A stretch of DNA of 64,000 nt from a virus: positions 96,001 to 160,000 of IMG/VR virus record IMGVR_UViG_3300005613_000006; one strand, given 5' to 3'. Both the position numbers and the translations under genes were made by a program. The notes below the pieces were generated by a model. It saw only the letters and a list, made by a program, of their open reading frames with translations, did not search any database and was not told where the DNA came from. Shown one piece after another: positions 19,696 through 28,799 of the stretch (positions within the stretch are counted from its first letter, which is position 1; each line of letters opens with the position of its first letter).

Positions 19696-20307
19696 TTATT
19701 CAGAACTCAATACCTGACCTCCTACAAGCTGTTGTGCAGCCTCAAATACGCGAAGCTGTTCCATGAATTGGGGGTAGTCTGACTGCTTTTTGGCTGTAAC
19801 GATACTGATATTGCCATTCGGCAGCACATAAATTCCCCAGTAGTCGGCAGTACGAGATAAGTCCTTACATGCTTCCAAGGCCCTGGACACTACGTCAGCA
19901 TCAAAGACGATGAGTTTGTTGACGTAGTGCTTTTGGTCGGAGTCAATAAGGATTTCTTCTATGTGCTTGCGCACTGTCGCAACATCAAAAAGTCCTGAGC
20001 GTGGAAATCCTATTCTCATACGATACCGGGTAAACACTTCAAGTGTTTCTACCCCAGGCACCGTATCTATAAGCCGCTCTGTCTCTTCCGTTATGTCAAA
20101 GTTGGTATGTAGTACCCAAAAGTCGAAGCGATTGGATGCCTTGTTGTGTTCGTTTAGCATTAGGAAACCGAAGGGCGTGTGAACCATAGGCCCCCCAGTT
20201 TTGATGTAATCGTCGTCGTTATCGTGGAAGGGTAGCTTGTCGTATTGATTTATCTCTTCGGGGCTTATTGGGTCGTGCCACGGCTCCCATACAAATTGCT
20301 TTCTCAT
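19696..20307 (-). CDS. hypothetical phage protein
   Basis: 203-aa ORF. Confidence 0.7.
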   Translation of the reverse strand: MRKQFVWEPWHDPISPEEINQYDKLPFHDNDDDYIKTGGPMVHTPFGFLMLNEHNKASNRFDFWVLHTNFDITEETERLIDTVPGVETLEVFTRYRMRIGFPRSGLFDVATVRKHIEEILIDSDQKHYVNKLIVFDADVVSRALEACKDLSRTADYWGIYVLPNGNISIVTAKKQSDYPQFMEQLRVFEAAQQLVGGQVLSSE

Positions 20308-20681
20308 TGGTCAAAAACCTCACTAGGTTTGATGTATGAGGTACGGGCTTCTTTCATTTGTTGTCTAGTGTGAGCGCAATGTGTCAGCACATGCTGTGTT
20401 AACGCTCTGCGGTCATGTTCCATGCCAAATCGACGCACGGCGTCGGTGACGTGTAAATCTAAGGCACCGGCAGAAACAGCCGCCAACAACCCACCCATTA
20501 CATCAGTGACAACGTGTGGAGATTCATTGACGGGCCAATCCACTTCTACATGAACATCATTTCTCTCATCCACACTGAAAGTAACACTGTATGGATAGCT
20601 TGAGCTAGAATGCAAGTGTTTCTCTAAACACCCTGAAATGCTCTTTTCTAATTCGCTTTTGAGCGAGTCGAAGTTCTTCAT
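20304..20681 (-). CDS. hypothetical protein
   Basis: ORF in operon. Confidence 0.6.
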   Translation of the reverse strand: MKNFDSLKSELEKSISGCLEKHLHSSSSYPYSVTFSVDERNDVHVEVDWPVNESPHVVTDVMGGLLAAVSAGALDLHVTDAVRRFGMEHDRRALTQHVLTHCAHTRQQMKEARTSYIKPSEVFDQ

Positions 20682-21000
20682 AGCTAAACCATTGAATGCC
20701 TTTTCTCAGTCTCACAGTTTGTGGTATGGTGGCCTTGAAGACCAGCACGATTTCACGCCCTTCCGGCAGGGACATATCATAAAATCGCACCGGCCCAATA
20801 GTTATCCAGTTAAGGTCAGCCATGATATACCGACCGGCCAACTCGACGCAGGCCCCATACGCGGTTGTCTCGTTATCTATGTATCGTTCTGGAAGGCCCA
20901 ATATATTCTCTTCCTCGATGAATGCAAACCGCATTTTTTCCTGGTCGAGGGGGTCCACCGACATAATCATCAGATTAACGGCTACTTGAAATGTTTCCAT
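20605..21000 (-). CDS. hypothetical protein (degenerate NUDIX-like fold possible)
   Basis: ORF in operon. Confidence 0.55.
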   Translation of the reverse strand: METFQVAVNLMIMSVDPLDQEKMRFAFIEEENILGLPERYIDNETTAYGACVELAGRYIMADLNWITIGPVRFYDMSLPEGREIVLVFKATIPQTVRLRKGIQWFSYEELRLAQKRIRKEHFRVFRETLAF

Positions 21001-21479
21001 ACCAATTCCCTAAGTTTCTTGGGGGATATGTCATCAATACGCACGAATGCTCTTGGTAGTATTACGTCACGTTGGAATAGTAGGATAGTGGCATTGCCGT
21101 CGCCGCCCTTCTCTATCGTGCGAAGAGGAGGGGTCTCATCTACAAACCTGCGGAGTTCTTCCACAGGTGTGAGCCAGACCGAATCCTGTAGTACATGACA
21201 CCAAAAATCAGCCCGAGTGATGCTAAGACCACTTGGCCGATTGCTTTTGGGGTTCCATGTTTCTATTGCAATGTTACCCGAACGGGTTGCGTACAAGTCA
21301 TATTTGACTTCCGTAGTGAATACCAGTGGCGCGGTGACGGTTTCAATATCATAGTATCGTCGCACGTCTTTGTCTTTGGGGTCAACCTTGTCGCAACCCC
21401 AACCACACGCTTTGTACAATTCAACTACTCTATCTTCCCCATTATCTCCGTTCGCTCTGTCACGTACAAATTTGCTCAT
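20982..21479 (-). CDS. PD-(D/E)XK-type nuclease-like protein
   Basis: YDI...EVKYD...SGNIAIE...SGL. Confidence 0.7.
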   Translation of the reverse strand: MSKFVRDRANGDNGEDRVVELYKACGWGCDKVDPKDKDVRRYYDIETVTAPLVFTTEVKYDLYATRSGNIAIETWNPKSNRPSGLSITRADFWCHVLQDSVWLTPVEELRRFVDETPPLRTIEKGGDGNATILLFQRDVILPRAFVRIDDISPKKLRELVWKHFK

Positions 21480-22083
21480 TGACTGCAACCCGTATTTTTT
21501 CGAGTCCATTTTTGATGCAATGATGCACAGCTTGACGGCTGATACCCAGTTGGGCAGCAATGTCCGTTTGAGACACGCCTTCAAGGTAATGCCACTCCAA
21601 ACACTGGCGCTGATGGTCTGTCAATGTGCTGACATCCAAGCACTCACGGGCTTGTTCCATCACTTCACGCATACGCTCTTGTTCTTTGTGTCGAGCGTCT
21701 TCCGTGACTTCGTACAACTGCATTCGTCCGTCACCACGGTTTTGTAGGTTCAATGATATTGGTGGGTCTTTCGACTGCTGCTTGTTCCACGTAGCTATCC
21801 AACGGTGAATAGCCCATGAAGCACACTGCTTCAAGTATCCACGATGGTTGCCTCGCCCGTCCCAACGAGTCGTGCCCTCCATGAGACAGTGCATAACGTG
21901 AGCGATAGCGTCTTCGTCACGCAGCATGATGCGAGCAACAGGACCAGCGACCAACGTACCAATACATTGCTTAGCAATGCTTTCGTACTCTTCCAAACTC
22001 AGCATCTTTGCTTCAAGTTCGGGGCTAGTCTCCAAGTAGTTGTTTTCCCTCTTGTGAACATGAATGTCGTAGAGGTTAACCAT
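21460..22083 (-). CDS. sigma-70-like sigma factor
   Basis: Region 4: LTDHQRQCLEWHY...SQTDIAAQLGISRQAV. Confidence 0.8.
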   Translation of the reverse strand: MVNLYDIHVHKRENNYLETSPELEAKMLSLEEYESIAKQCIGTLVAGPVARIMLRDEDAIAHVMHCLMEGTTRWDGRGNHRGYLKQCASWAIHRWIATWNKQQSKDPPISLNLQNRGDGRMQLYEVTEDARHKEQERMREVMEQARECLDVSTLTDHQRQCLEWHYLEGVSQTDIAAQLGISRQAVHHCIKNGLEKIRVAVNEQICT

Positions 22084-22189
22084 AGCAATCTCCCAATCAA
22101 TGTGTCTCCAAAAATAACAAACCACTGATTCGTCCAGGCTGGCTCAGTGGGAAGCCTTTATGGGAGCTATCGCCGCTGGCGTAGCTCAG

Positions 22190-22261
22190 TAGCCCATCAG
22201 GGTTCCGCCCCCCGTCTAACGGTTCCGAAGACCGTTGTGCTGTCTATCACACTCATGGGCC
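22190..22261 (-). tRNA. tRNA-Arg(TCG), non-canonical T loop
   Basis: Cloverleaf; T loop GGCGGAA. Confidence 0.75.
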
Positions 22262-22461
22262 TTAATGCAACAGGTCAATCTTACCCTTGCCTAACACTTG
22301 TTTCAGGCTGGCAGTTTTACCTGGACGATAGAGCGCAGCCGGTTTGTTGTTGTCCAAATGTTCTCCTAAGCGTGGGGTGGGAACGGCAGTCTCGCACTGC
22401 TATCTGTGGCGTTTTCGTTTTCTCGAACCGCTCTCGCTACGCGGAACCTCACCCACCCAAG

Positions 22462-22533
22462 CAGGCCATCGAGGTTACGCTCCCCGTCTAAACGCTTAGA
22501 AGGCGCTTGTGCTGTCTATCACACTCATGGCCC
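22462..22533 (-). tRNA. tRNA-Arg(TCT), non-canonical T loop
   Basis: Cloverleaf; T loop AGCGTAA. Confidence 0.75.
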
Positions 22534-22606
22534 GAATTACTCGAACCTGGGAAAAATGGTGTATAATATACTGAGGTTCCATTCTTTCAACAGTAGGAGA
22601 TTACCG

Positions 22607-23056
22607 ATGAAATGCCTAAATTGCCTCAAGGAAACACCAAATCCCAAGTTTTGTTCTCGTAGTTGCGCCGCTACCTACAACAATCGTAAACACCCAAAGC
22701 GCAAACCCGAGCATAAATGTACTATTTGTGGCGAACGCATAACCGCTGGTCGCTCACGATGCTCCCAACATCGTATTGGTCGTGACATGACCCTAGCGGA
22801 AGCAATCTACACCCAACATCATCGCAGCAGTGCCTTTGCGTTGGTACGTTCCAGAGCTAGAAAAGTTGCCCTGCAACTCGGTCGTACTACCTGTCAACAC
22901 TGCGGTTACAATTTACATGTTGAAGTTTGTCATCGTAAACCTATTGCAGACTTTCCAGAGGACACATTATTGAGTGTTGTCAATCATCCTGACAATCTAA
23001 TAGTTCTGTGTCCAAATCACCATTGGGAGTTTGACAACGGTTTATTACAACTGTAG
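22607..23056 (+). CDS. HNH endonuclease
   Basis: KFCSRSC, EVCHRKPI, NLIVLCPNHH. Confidence 0.88.
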   Translation: MKCLNCLKETPNPKFCSRSCAATYNNRKHPKRKPEHKCTICGERITAGRSRCSQHRIGRDMTLAEAIYTQHHRSSAFALVRSRARKVALQLGRTTCQHCGYNLHVEVCHRKPIADFPEDTLLSVVNHPDNLIVLCPNHHWEFDNGLLQL

Positions 23057-23127
23057 TAGCCCTTGGGGGAATCGAACCCAACCCATCCAGGTTTCGTAGA
23101 CCCGGTGCTAAATCCATTAGAAAGGCT
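23057..23127 (-). tRNA. tRNA-Arg(ACG)
   Basis: Cloverleaf. Confidence 0.8.
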
Positions 23128-23157
23128 ATAGTAAATCAGAATGTTTTCGTAGAAAAT

Positions 23158-23267
23158 GGCGACTAGGTTCGGAAAGACGGCGTATGTTGCACCAGCATTC
23201 TAGGCGGGGAATTGAACCCCGAACAATTCTTTTATAGAGAACATGTAGTCTTATCCAGGCATTCGCC
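23158..23267 (-). ncRNA. Y RNA-like (Yrl) RNA 1
   Basis: GGCGAATG...GACTACATG / GTCTT...TAGTCGCC stem with internal T arm. Confidence 0.7.
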
Positions 23268-23269
23268 AG

Positions 23270-23342
23270 TGGTACATCGAGGAGTCGAACCTACGCACAA
23301 CTGCCTTATCAGGGCGGTTCGCACAACCGGCGCGCATGTACC
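23270..23342 (-). tRNA. tRNA-Ile(GAT)
   Basis: Cloverleaf. Confidence 0.8.
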
Positions 23343-23379
23343 ATAGTACGCACAACAGGTTGCACGTACTGTATAATAA

Positions 23380-24010
23380 ATAGTGCCTATCACAAGTTCT
23401 CGGCAAAATCCGCGAGTGACTGGAGGTTTAGTATAGCGACAGTATTTCATGTACTCCATCTGTGAACACGGTAGTGAACCGCTTCACCCGCTTTGTCCCT
23501 GTTGTTGGGCGCTACCCCTCGCAACAGCACGACACTAGAGTGACACCTGTTCTGGGGTTCTCTCAGTGTAGTTGCAAGCTACCCTTGAGTCACTCCACAC
23601 AATCCTGCCACCCTCGGGCGGTAGCCGGTCTGTGTCCCTTTCGGGTTGGCGGTCTCGCCTTTCGGCTTGACCCGTAGACACTTCCAGTTGTCACACCCGC
23701 ATTTTAGGGGTTACCCCCATTTCCCGAGACTTGTTTATCTATTGCATAAATAGTCTGTAATCCGGTACTTCTGATAAATACGGAAAATCCACTATTCCTT
23801 CCAGTAGTATTCCATGAAAGGCCATGACTCTTACGTTCCGGCTACTCGGGCATTTCGTGGCACCCATACCACTTATCACCCACGCTACACGTTCCGTTGC
23901 CTGGGGTGTAACCCAGCCGTCAGAAACACGCTCTCGCATATTGGTCGGCAAGCCGACCGCCGTTCGCCCCGGTTAGGCAGAACAGTTTGAAAACCCTGCG
24001 ACAAAGGGTT
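23380..24010 (-). ncRNA. large structured ncRNA candidate (GOLLD/ROOL-like)
   Basis: About 630 nt between tRNAs, no credible ORF, several GC stems with GAAA tetraloops. Confidence 0.5.
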
Positions 24011-24013
24011 TAG

Positions 24014-24084
24014 AGACAGCAGGGGGAATCGAACCCTCAAGTTACGGTGTTGCAGACCGCACGCCCGCCATGAGCATCACTGTC
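24014..24084 (-). tRNA. tRNA-Cys(GCA)
   Basis: Cloverleaf. Confidence 0.8.
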
Positions 24085-24113
24085 TTATTCTTTCAGGCAG
24101 CTTTGCTGCCCAG

Positions 24114-24184
24114 TACGGGTACTCGGAATTGCACCGAGACCAACAGCTTGGAAGGCTGTCGTGCTGCTATTACACCACACCCGC
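24114..24184 (-). tRNA. tRNA-Gly(TCC)
   Basis: Cloverleaf. Confidence 0.88.
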
Positions 24185-24289
24185 ATATTGCCTACTTTCC
24201 AAGACCTAACACTGGATAAGGGTATTTCACCTTACCCAGGGTTTGCCCGAACATGCGTCGCTTATGTACCTTAGCGTAGAAAGTAAGAG

Positions 24290-24361
24290 TGGCTCCCTTC
24301 GGACTTGAACCGAAACCTAACGCCTTAAGAGGGCGCAATGCTACATTGACACCAGAGAGCC
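24290..24361 (-). tRNA. tRNA-Lys(CTT)
   Basis: Cloverleaf. Confidence 0.88.
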
Positions 24362-24808
24362 TTTGATTTTACATAAATGTTTTTTGTATACCTTTACCAA
24401 TCCAGCGTGGACTTTACGATGACAGTTAGCACAAATAACTGCGCACTTTCTGATTTCATCAAACACCTTGGGGCTTTTGTTGCGTGTCATTCGAGACACG
24501 CTTTGTTCCTTTTTGGTACTGTCTAGGTGATGAAAGTCTAAACATACAGGCTCGTTCTCACCACATAAACAACAAGTATTATCTTGTTTGATGTCGTTGA
24601 TTCGCTGCACAAACTTTTGCCGTTGTTTAGCAGCCCGAAGCGATGCTCTCTTGTCTTGTTTTTCCAAACGCTGATAAGAAGCGATAGCACCTTGCTTGGC
24701 ACAAATTTTACAGTACGAATGTCGGCCATCTTTGGTCGAGGCATTTTTATAGAATTCCGTTAAGGGCTTGGTTGCCCCACATTTGCGGCATTGTTTTGAT
24801 GTTGTCAT
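24341..24808 (-). CDS. small HNH endonuclease
   Basis: CLDFHHLD...KCAVICANCHRKVH. Confidence 0.88.
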   Translation of the reverse strand: MTTSKQCRKCGATKPLTEFYKNASTKDGRHSYCKICAKQGAIASYQRLEKQDKRASLRAAKQRQKFVQRINDIKQDNTCCLCGENEPVCLDFHHLDSTKKEQSVSRMTRNKSPKVFDEIRKCAVICANCHRKVHAGLVKVYKKHLCKIKGSLVSM

Positions 24809-24873
24809 AGTAGAATCTTCTTTCTACTATAATTATACACCAAAAATGTTAAAAGCCTCAACAAAATTCTAAG

Positions 24874-24946
24874 TGGACCCACTCGGAGTCGAACCGAGAT
24901 ACCTTGATTAAAAGTCAAGAATGTTAACCATTGACATTATAGGTCC
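24874..24946 (-). tRNA. tRNA-Lys(TTT)
   Basis: Cloverleaf. Confidence 0.9.
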
Positions 24947-24947
24947 G

Positions 24948-25020
24948 AGGCGGGTACAGGAGTCGAGCCTGTGGCTCAGGGTTATGAACCCTGCATGTTT
25001 ACTACCTACACTAACCCGCT
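24948..25020 (-). tRNA. tRNA-fMet(CAT)
   Basis: GGG/CCC anticodon stem, 1:72 mismatch. Confidence 0.8.
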
Positions 25021-25025
25021 TCAAG

Positions 25026-25098
25026 TAGGTCGTCAGGGAGTCGAACCCCGCCCTTGAAACCTTATAAGAGTTTCTGGCACCACCGATGCCCACGACCC
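25026..25098 (-). tRNA. tRNA-Ile(TAT)
   Basis: AAACT-CTTATAA-GGTTT arm. Confidence 0.8.
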
Positions 25099-25360
25099 AT
25101 ACGCACACGCTAAACTCTACGTCCCAATGGATTACGAACGCAAAACCGTGTGCGTCGATGGCATTCGCCATCCAAAGAGTCCTGACTGGTTCGCCTTCTG
25201 TGTTTATCCCTTGCAGCAACCCATAGGTGTCGCTTCAACTGCAAGGCCCAGTATCTCTCACCGTACATCTCAGGGCTGTTGCCAACCACGTTCGTCAGCT
25301 TACACCCAGGCTTTCGAGGCCCCCATCGGAAGACTACGGACTGCCGTTTTCTGGACTCAG

Positions 25361-25428
25361 TGGAGCGACGGGGACTCGAACCCCGCCTCCGACCGTGCAA
25401 AGGTCAGGTCTAGCCCTCTAGCCACCCC
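25361..25428 (-). tRNA. tRNA-Ala(TGC), reduced D arm
   Basis: G3:U70 pair, T arm. Confidence 0.8.
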
Positions 25429-25473
25429 TTTTTGCTCGTCGTACAAGGTATTATACACCGGGAATTCGGTTTG

Positions 25474-26103
25474 TCAACCAACTTTTTGAAGATTTTCATG
25501 GACAAACCAAGCATCCCAGCCAACTTCCCTCATCCAGGTGTATCCCTTATCCCTCAGAAAAGTGGTAATATCCTCCAAATACTTGCGGTCTCGCCCCTCA
25601 TGGCAGTTGTGTTCCACGGTGATAATTCCAAACACCCAGGTCCAGTCGTAGGATTTCAGAATGTCTAGCTCCGAGCCCTCTGTGTCGATGGACAGGTAGT
25701 TAACGTAGGAAGGAGCGCCGTGTTCGGCCAGGAGGTCATGTAACGTGACGCACGGAATCTCCACTTCCCTCCCAAACTGCTGTCTTTCTTTCTGATACGG
25801 CTGGTCGAGGTCAACAAACTCTGAAATGGTGGAGCAAACACCACCAGAAAAATCAACCTCGGTGAACTTCACGGTTCCGTTGTGGGTCCACACAGCCCGC
25901 TTGTCCCTCTTGCATGTACGCCCGAACTTGTCGTATTGTTCGTCGTTTATCAACGGGTCCACGCAAATTCCTTGCCACCCCGCCTCGTCTAACAAAAACG
26001 AGTTGCTGAAATGCTCCGCATGGCTTGCGCCGACCTCCACATAGAAGCCCTCGTTCCCTACTTTCTCCAACACGAACTTGTCCTGTCCTAACTGACTAGG
26101 CAT
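25474..26103 (-). CDS. FkbM-family methyltransferase
   Basis: SQLGQD, VEVGA, LSIDTEGSE. Confidence 0.88.
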   Translation of the reverse strand: MPSQLGQDKFVLEKVGNEGFYVEVGASHAEHFSNSFLLDEAGWQGICVDPLINDEQYDKFGRTCKRDKRAVWTHNGTVKFTEVDFSGGVCSTISEFVDLDQPYQKERQQFGREVEIPCVTLHDLLAEHGAPSYVNYLSIDTEGSELDILKSYDWTWVFGIITVEHNCHEGRDRKYLEDITTFLRDKGYTWMREVGWDAWFVHENLQKVG

Positions 26104-26719
26104 AACCCTTCTCCTTTAACCAAGGTCCAAAGGTGTCTTCAATCTGTTCTATCAACTTAGGGCTTAGAACTTCCTTGTAGTACCCAGGCACTCGCTTGGT
26201 GAAGTGTTGATGATGCAGCAAGTTCGTACTGTCATAGGTCGCGCTTGAATACTTGGAATGTTCCATGTCTTGCACAGCCCTCGCTATTGCCTGCGGTTCA
26301 CACCACAAGCCCATAACTTCGGCAATACTTTCAATCAACGAAACAGGCTCTCCTATCAGAAGTCGATACTCAAACTCGAACGTAGACAGGGGCCTGTAGT
26401 ATTCGTATCCCTCAACAGCGCTGTGTAATGCCCCTATTACATTGCTGGCGTTTACCCACTTCTTGAGCATGAGCGAGGCCGCAACGTCCCTCAAGTCGCG
26501 ATAGCAAGTAAAAATGACCGAACCCTCTACCAACTTAGGGGTCTTGTCATGCACCTTGATTACAGCCGCCTCAAAGTTTGCGCGCCAATCTGCCTGGAAA
26601 CTGGTGACGTATCCAACATGCACTGGGTCATAATGCTGCTCTGTCAACAGCCTCACGACGTTGTACAACCAAGTGCTGCCGCTTCGCGACATGCCAGCAC
26701 ATAGATACATTGGTTTCAT
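26096..26719 (-). CDS. sulfotransferase-like protein
   Basis: GMSRSGSTW (PAPS loop), RDLRDVAAS. Confidence 0.8.
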   Translation of the reverse strand: MKPMYLCAGMSRSGSTWLYNVVRLLTEQHYDPVHVGYVTSFQADWRANFEAAVIKVHDKTPKLVEGSVIFTCYRDLRDVAASLMLKKWVNASNVIGALHSAVEGYEYYRPLSTFEFEYRLLIGEPVSLIESIAEVMGLWCEPQAIARAVQDMEHSKYSSATYDSTNLLHHQHFTKRVPGYYKEVLSPKLIEQIEDTFGPWLKEKGYA

Positions 26720-26722
26720 AAG

Positions 26723-26795
26723 TACCCCGAGCAGGACTCGAACCTGCGGTCTTCGGATTAGGAATCCGCTGCGTTATCCTCTACGCCACCGGGGC
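26723..26795 (-). tRNA. tRNA-Arg(CCT)
   Basis: Cloverleaf. Confidence 0.92.
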
Positions 26796-27033
26796 GTTGG
26801 TTTTTCAGAAGTTCTTTCATCTGTCTGTCTGCTTCCAGAGACATAACAAGGTCTACCGCGCTCTGGTAGATTTCATCTCCATACGTCTTACGAAGTATGT
26901 CATGCAAAATTCCACCGGCCTTGCCGAGAAATTCGGCATGAGTCCACATACTGGTCCCGCCGTTGTTGTCGATAACATGCGTCTTAGTTACCGTCAGCGT
27001 TCCGTGTTTCGTGTGCCAAATCTGTGGTTTCAT
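26758..27033 (-). CDS. hypothetical protein
   Basis: ORF overlapping tRNA 5' end. Confidence 0.5.
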   Translation of the reverse strand: MKPQIWHTKHGTLTVTKTHVIDNNGGTSMWTHAEFLGKAGGILHDILRKTYGDEIYQSAVDLVMSLEADRQMKELLKNQRPGGVEDNAADS

Positions 27034-27868
27034 TTTGCAACATCCTGAGAATGTGGTTATACGTTGCTTCTAGTGTGAAGTATTCCGGCCACACTTCTCT
27101 CACCCTCTCTTGCTTGCGAGCAATGTCGGCGCTGGTATGACTCCTCAATATGTCAGGCAGCCTGTCAATATCATCTATGTGACATTGAACACTGAACTCG
27201 CACCAATTCAAAACGTCAGCGTAAGGAAGCCATAACACATCGTAGATGTAAACTGGTATAGCTCCGTAGGCCAGTGCCTCGCATATACGAAATGAAGTTC
27301 TTCCATATCCGCGTGGGCACAGCGCGAAAATACACTTGCCCATTCTGTGCAAGGGGTCATGCTTAGTATCTTTGATGGAGAAATCTGAGAGCCCCTTCAA
27401 CGCCTCGTTCATGCGCCCCCGAACACCAGTCCGGTTGTTAGGAGGGTTTTTGATATGTCCAGCAAAGTAAGCAAATACATCTCGGTCTCCTTTAACCGGG
27501 ACGGTAACGATGTTGTACGTCAGAGGAATCGGTATATCCCCTTTGCCACCAGCTCCAAAAACCAACAAGTTTTCTGGGGGCTCCTCATACAAACCATCAT
27601 CGGCTTGTACTATAGTGAACGATGGTTCTGTGACCTGTTCGTTCATAAACTTTTGAAGTTCTCGACTGTACTCCTTGTTGGACCCAGGCCCAATGCCATA
27701 CTTGCAGTACACATGTGTCCAAAAGATTGGTAAGTAGTGACGCCGAATGTTGTCGGGCGGATTGTTCAGCCATCGCTCGTAGAAATAGTCTTCTATCTTT
27801 GGACCCACCTTTGGGTATCCTCGACACATACGAGACAATTCACGAAATCTGCCCAATGTATCAATCAT
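26984..27868 (-). CDS. exostosin-like (GT47) glycosyltransferase
   Basis: FALCPRGYGRTSFRICEALAYGAIPV. Confidence 0.88.
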   Translation of the reverse strand: MIDTLGRFRELSRMCRGYPKVGPKIEDYFYERWLNNPPDNIRRHYLPIFWTHVYCKYGIGPGSNKEYSRELQKFMNEQVTEPSFTIVQADDGLYEEPPENLLVFGAGGKGDIPIPLTYNIVTVPVKGDRDVFAYFAGHIKNPPNNRTGVRGRMNEALKGLSDFSIKDTKHDPLHRMGKCIFALCPRGYGRTSFRICEALAYGAIPVYIYDVLWLPYADVLNWCEFSVQCHIDDIDRLPDILRSHTSADIARKQERVREVWPEYFTLEATYNHILRMLQNETTDLAHETRNADGN

Positions 27869-27870
27869 AG

Positions 27871-28193
27871 TAATCTCCTATAGCCGGGATTCTGTGGTAG
27901 CTACGCTACCGCTCAACATTTATCTTAGCACCTACCCGAGCATCATCGGCCTGTTCATCGCCTAGCTCTGTTTGGCTTGCACCCTCGGTAGTGCAGTCGG
28001 ATGCTGGATGGCGTAACAAGAACATTTCTTTAGCAGCTTCTTCGTCGTACCCCCCTCCGAAACAATCGTCAAAAGAGTCTTCCAACATGTCAGCAAGTTT
28101 ACATCTTGATAATGCCATCAGCATCCTCCTACCTTAAACAGTGGTGTCCTGAGCTTCCTGTAGGGCTACGCCCCACCGTTGAGCCAGAGATTA
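27871..28193 (-). ncRNA. rnpB: minimal RNase P RNA
   Basis: P1 TAATCTCT/GGAGATTA, P2 GCTCAAC/GTTGAGC, P3, CR-I AGGAAGCTCAGGAC, P5/P6/P7, P15 GGGTAGGTGCT, CR-IV AGATAAATG, CR-V ACAGAATCCCGGCTA. Confidence 0.85.
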
Positions 28194-28499
28194 TCTGCGT
28201 GGTTGTGCCTGTTGTCTGTACTGCCACTTCCACCATCGCGCTCTCGCATACGGTCTCCAAACTGGTGGCGCGTATGGATAGCGTGGTACTACCTGTGGTG
28301 GCACCGGCCCAGGCTGGTAGAGCCAGGGTCGAATCCACGGACGGTATGGGTATGGGGCCACGTATGGCTGCGCGTATGGCTGGCCGTAGTATGGTCCCGG
28401 CTGTGGGCCTTGCGGAGCCTGTGGCTCTTGTGCGTCAACAACGCCACATAGCCCAATGCAAAGCAGCACGGCTGCTACGATTGCTAGAATGTTTTTCAT
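28191..28499 (-). CDS. small secreted Pro/Tyr-rich protein
   Basis: Signal peptide, PY repeats. Confidence 0.6.
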   Translation of the reverse strand: MKNILAIVAAVLLCIGLCGVVDAQEPQAPQGPQPGPYYGQPYAQPYVAPYPYRPWIRPWLYQPGPVPPQVVPRYPYAPPVWRPYARARWWKWQYRQQAQPRR

Positions 28500-28711
28500 G
28501 GGTTCTTACTCCGTTCAAACTGTGTAATACAATCTTCTATTGTCGGTCCTATAAAGCTACGCACTTCTGCGCATTGATATGTGCCATCTGGTCGCCTAAT
28601 AGGTTTAGGCAGATTGCGCCAGATGCGCAACATCATATCGTTTCCTTGGGTCGGTGGGTCGTAGAAGATTCCCCACGACCATCCTTTTGGTACTTGTATC
28701 TTGATACTCAT
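28496..28711 (-). CDS. hypothetical protein
   Basis: ORF. Confidence 0.5.
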   Translation of the reverse strand: MSIKIQVPKGWSWGIFYDPPTQGNDMMLRIWRNLPKPIRRPDGTYQCAEVRSFIGPTIEDCITQFERSKNP

Positions 28712-28713
28712 AG

Positions 28714-28797
<84 letters not shown>

Positions 28798-28799
28798 AT

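Noticed and set aside
25178-25358. Second RNase P RNA
   Set aside because: An ACAGAA-like segment is present, but no CR-I/P4 partner could be found.
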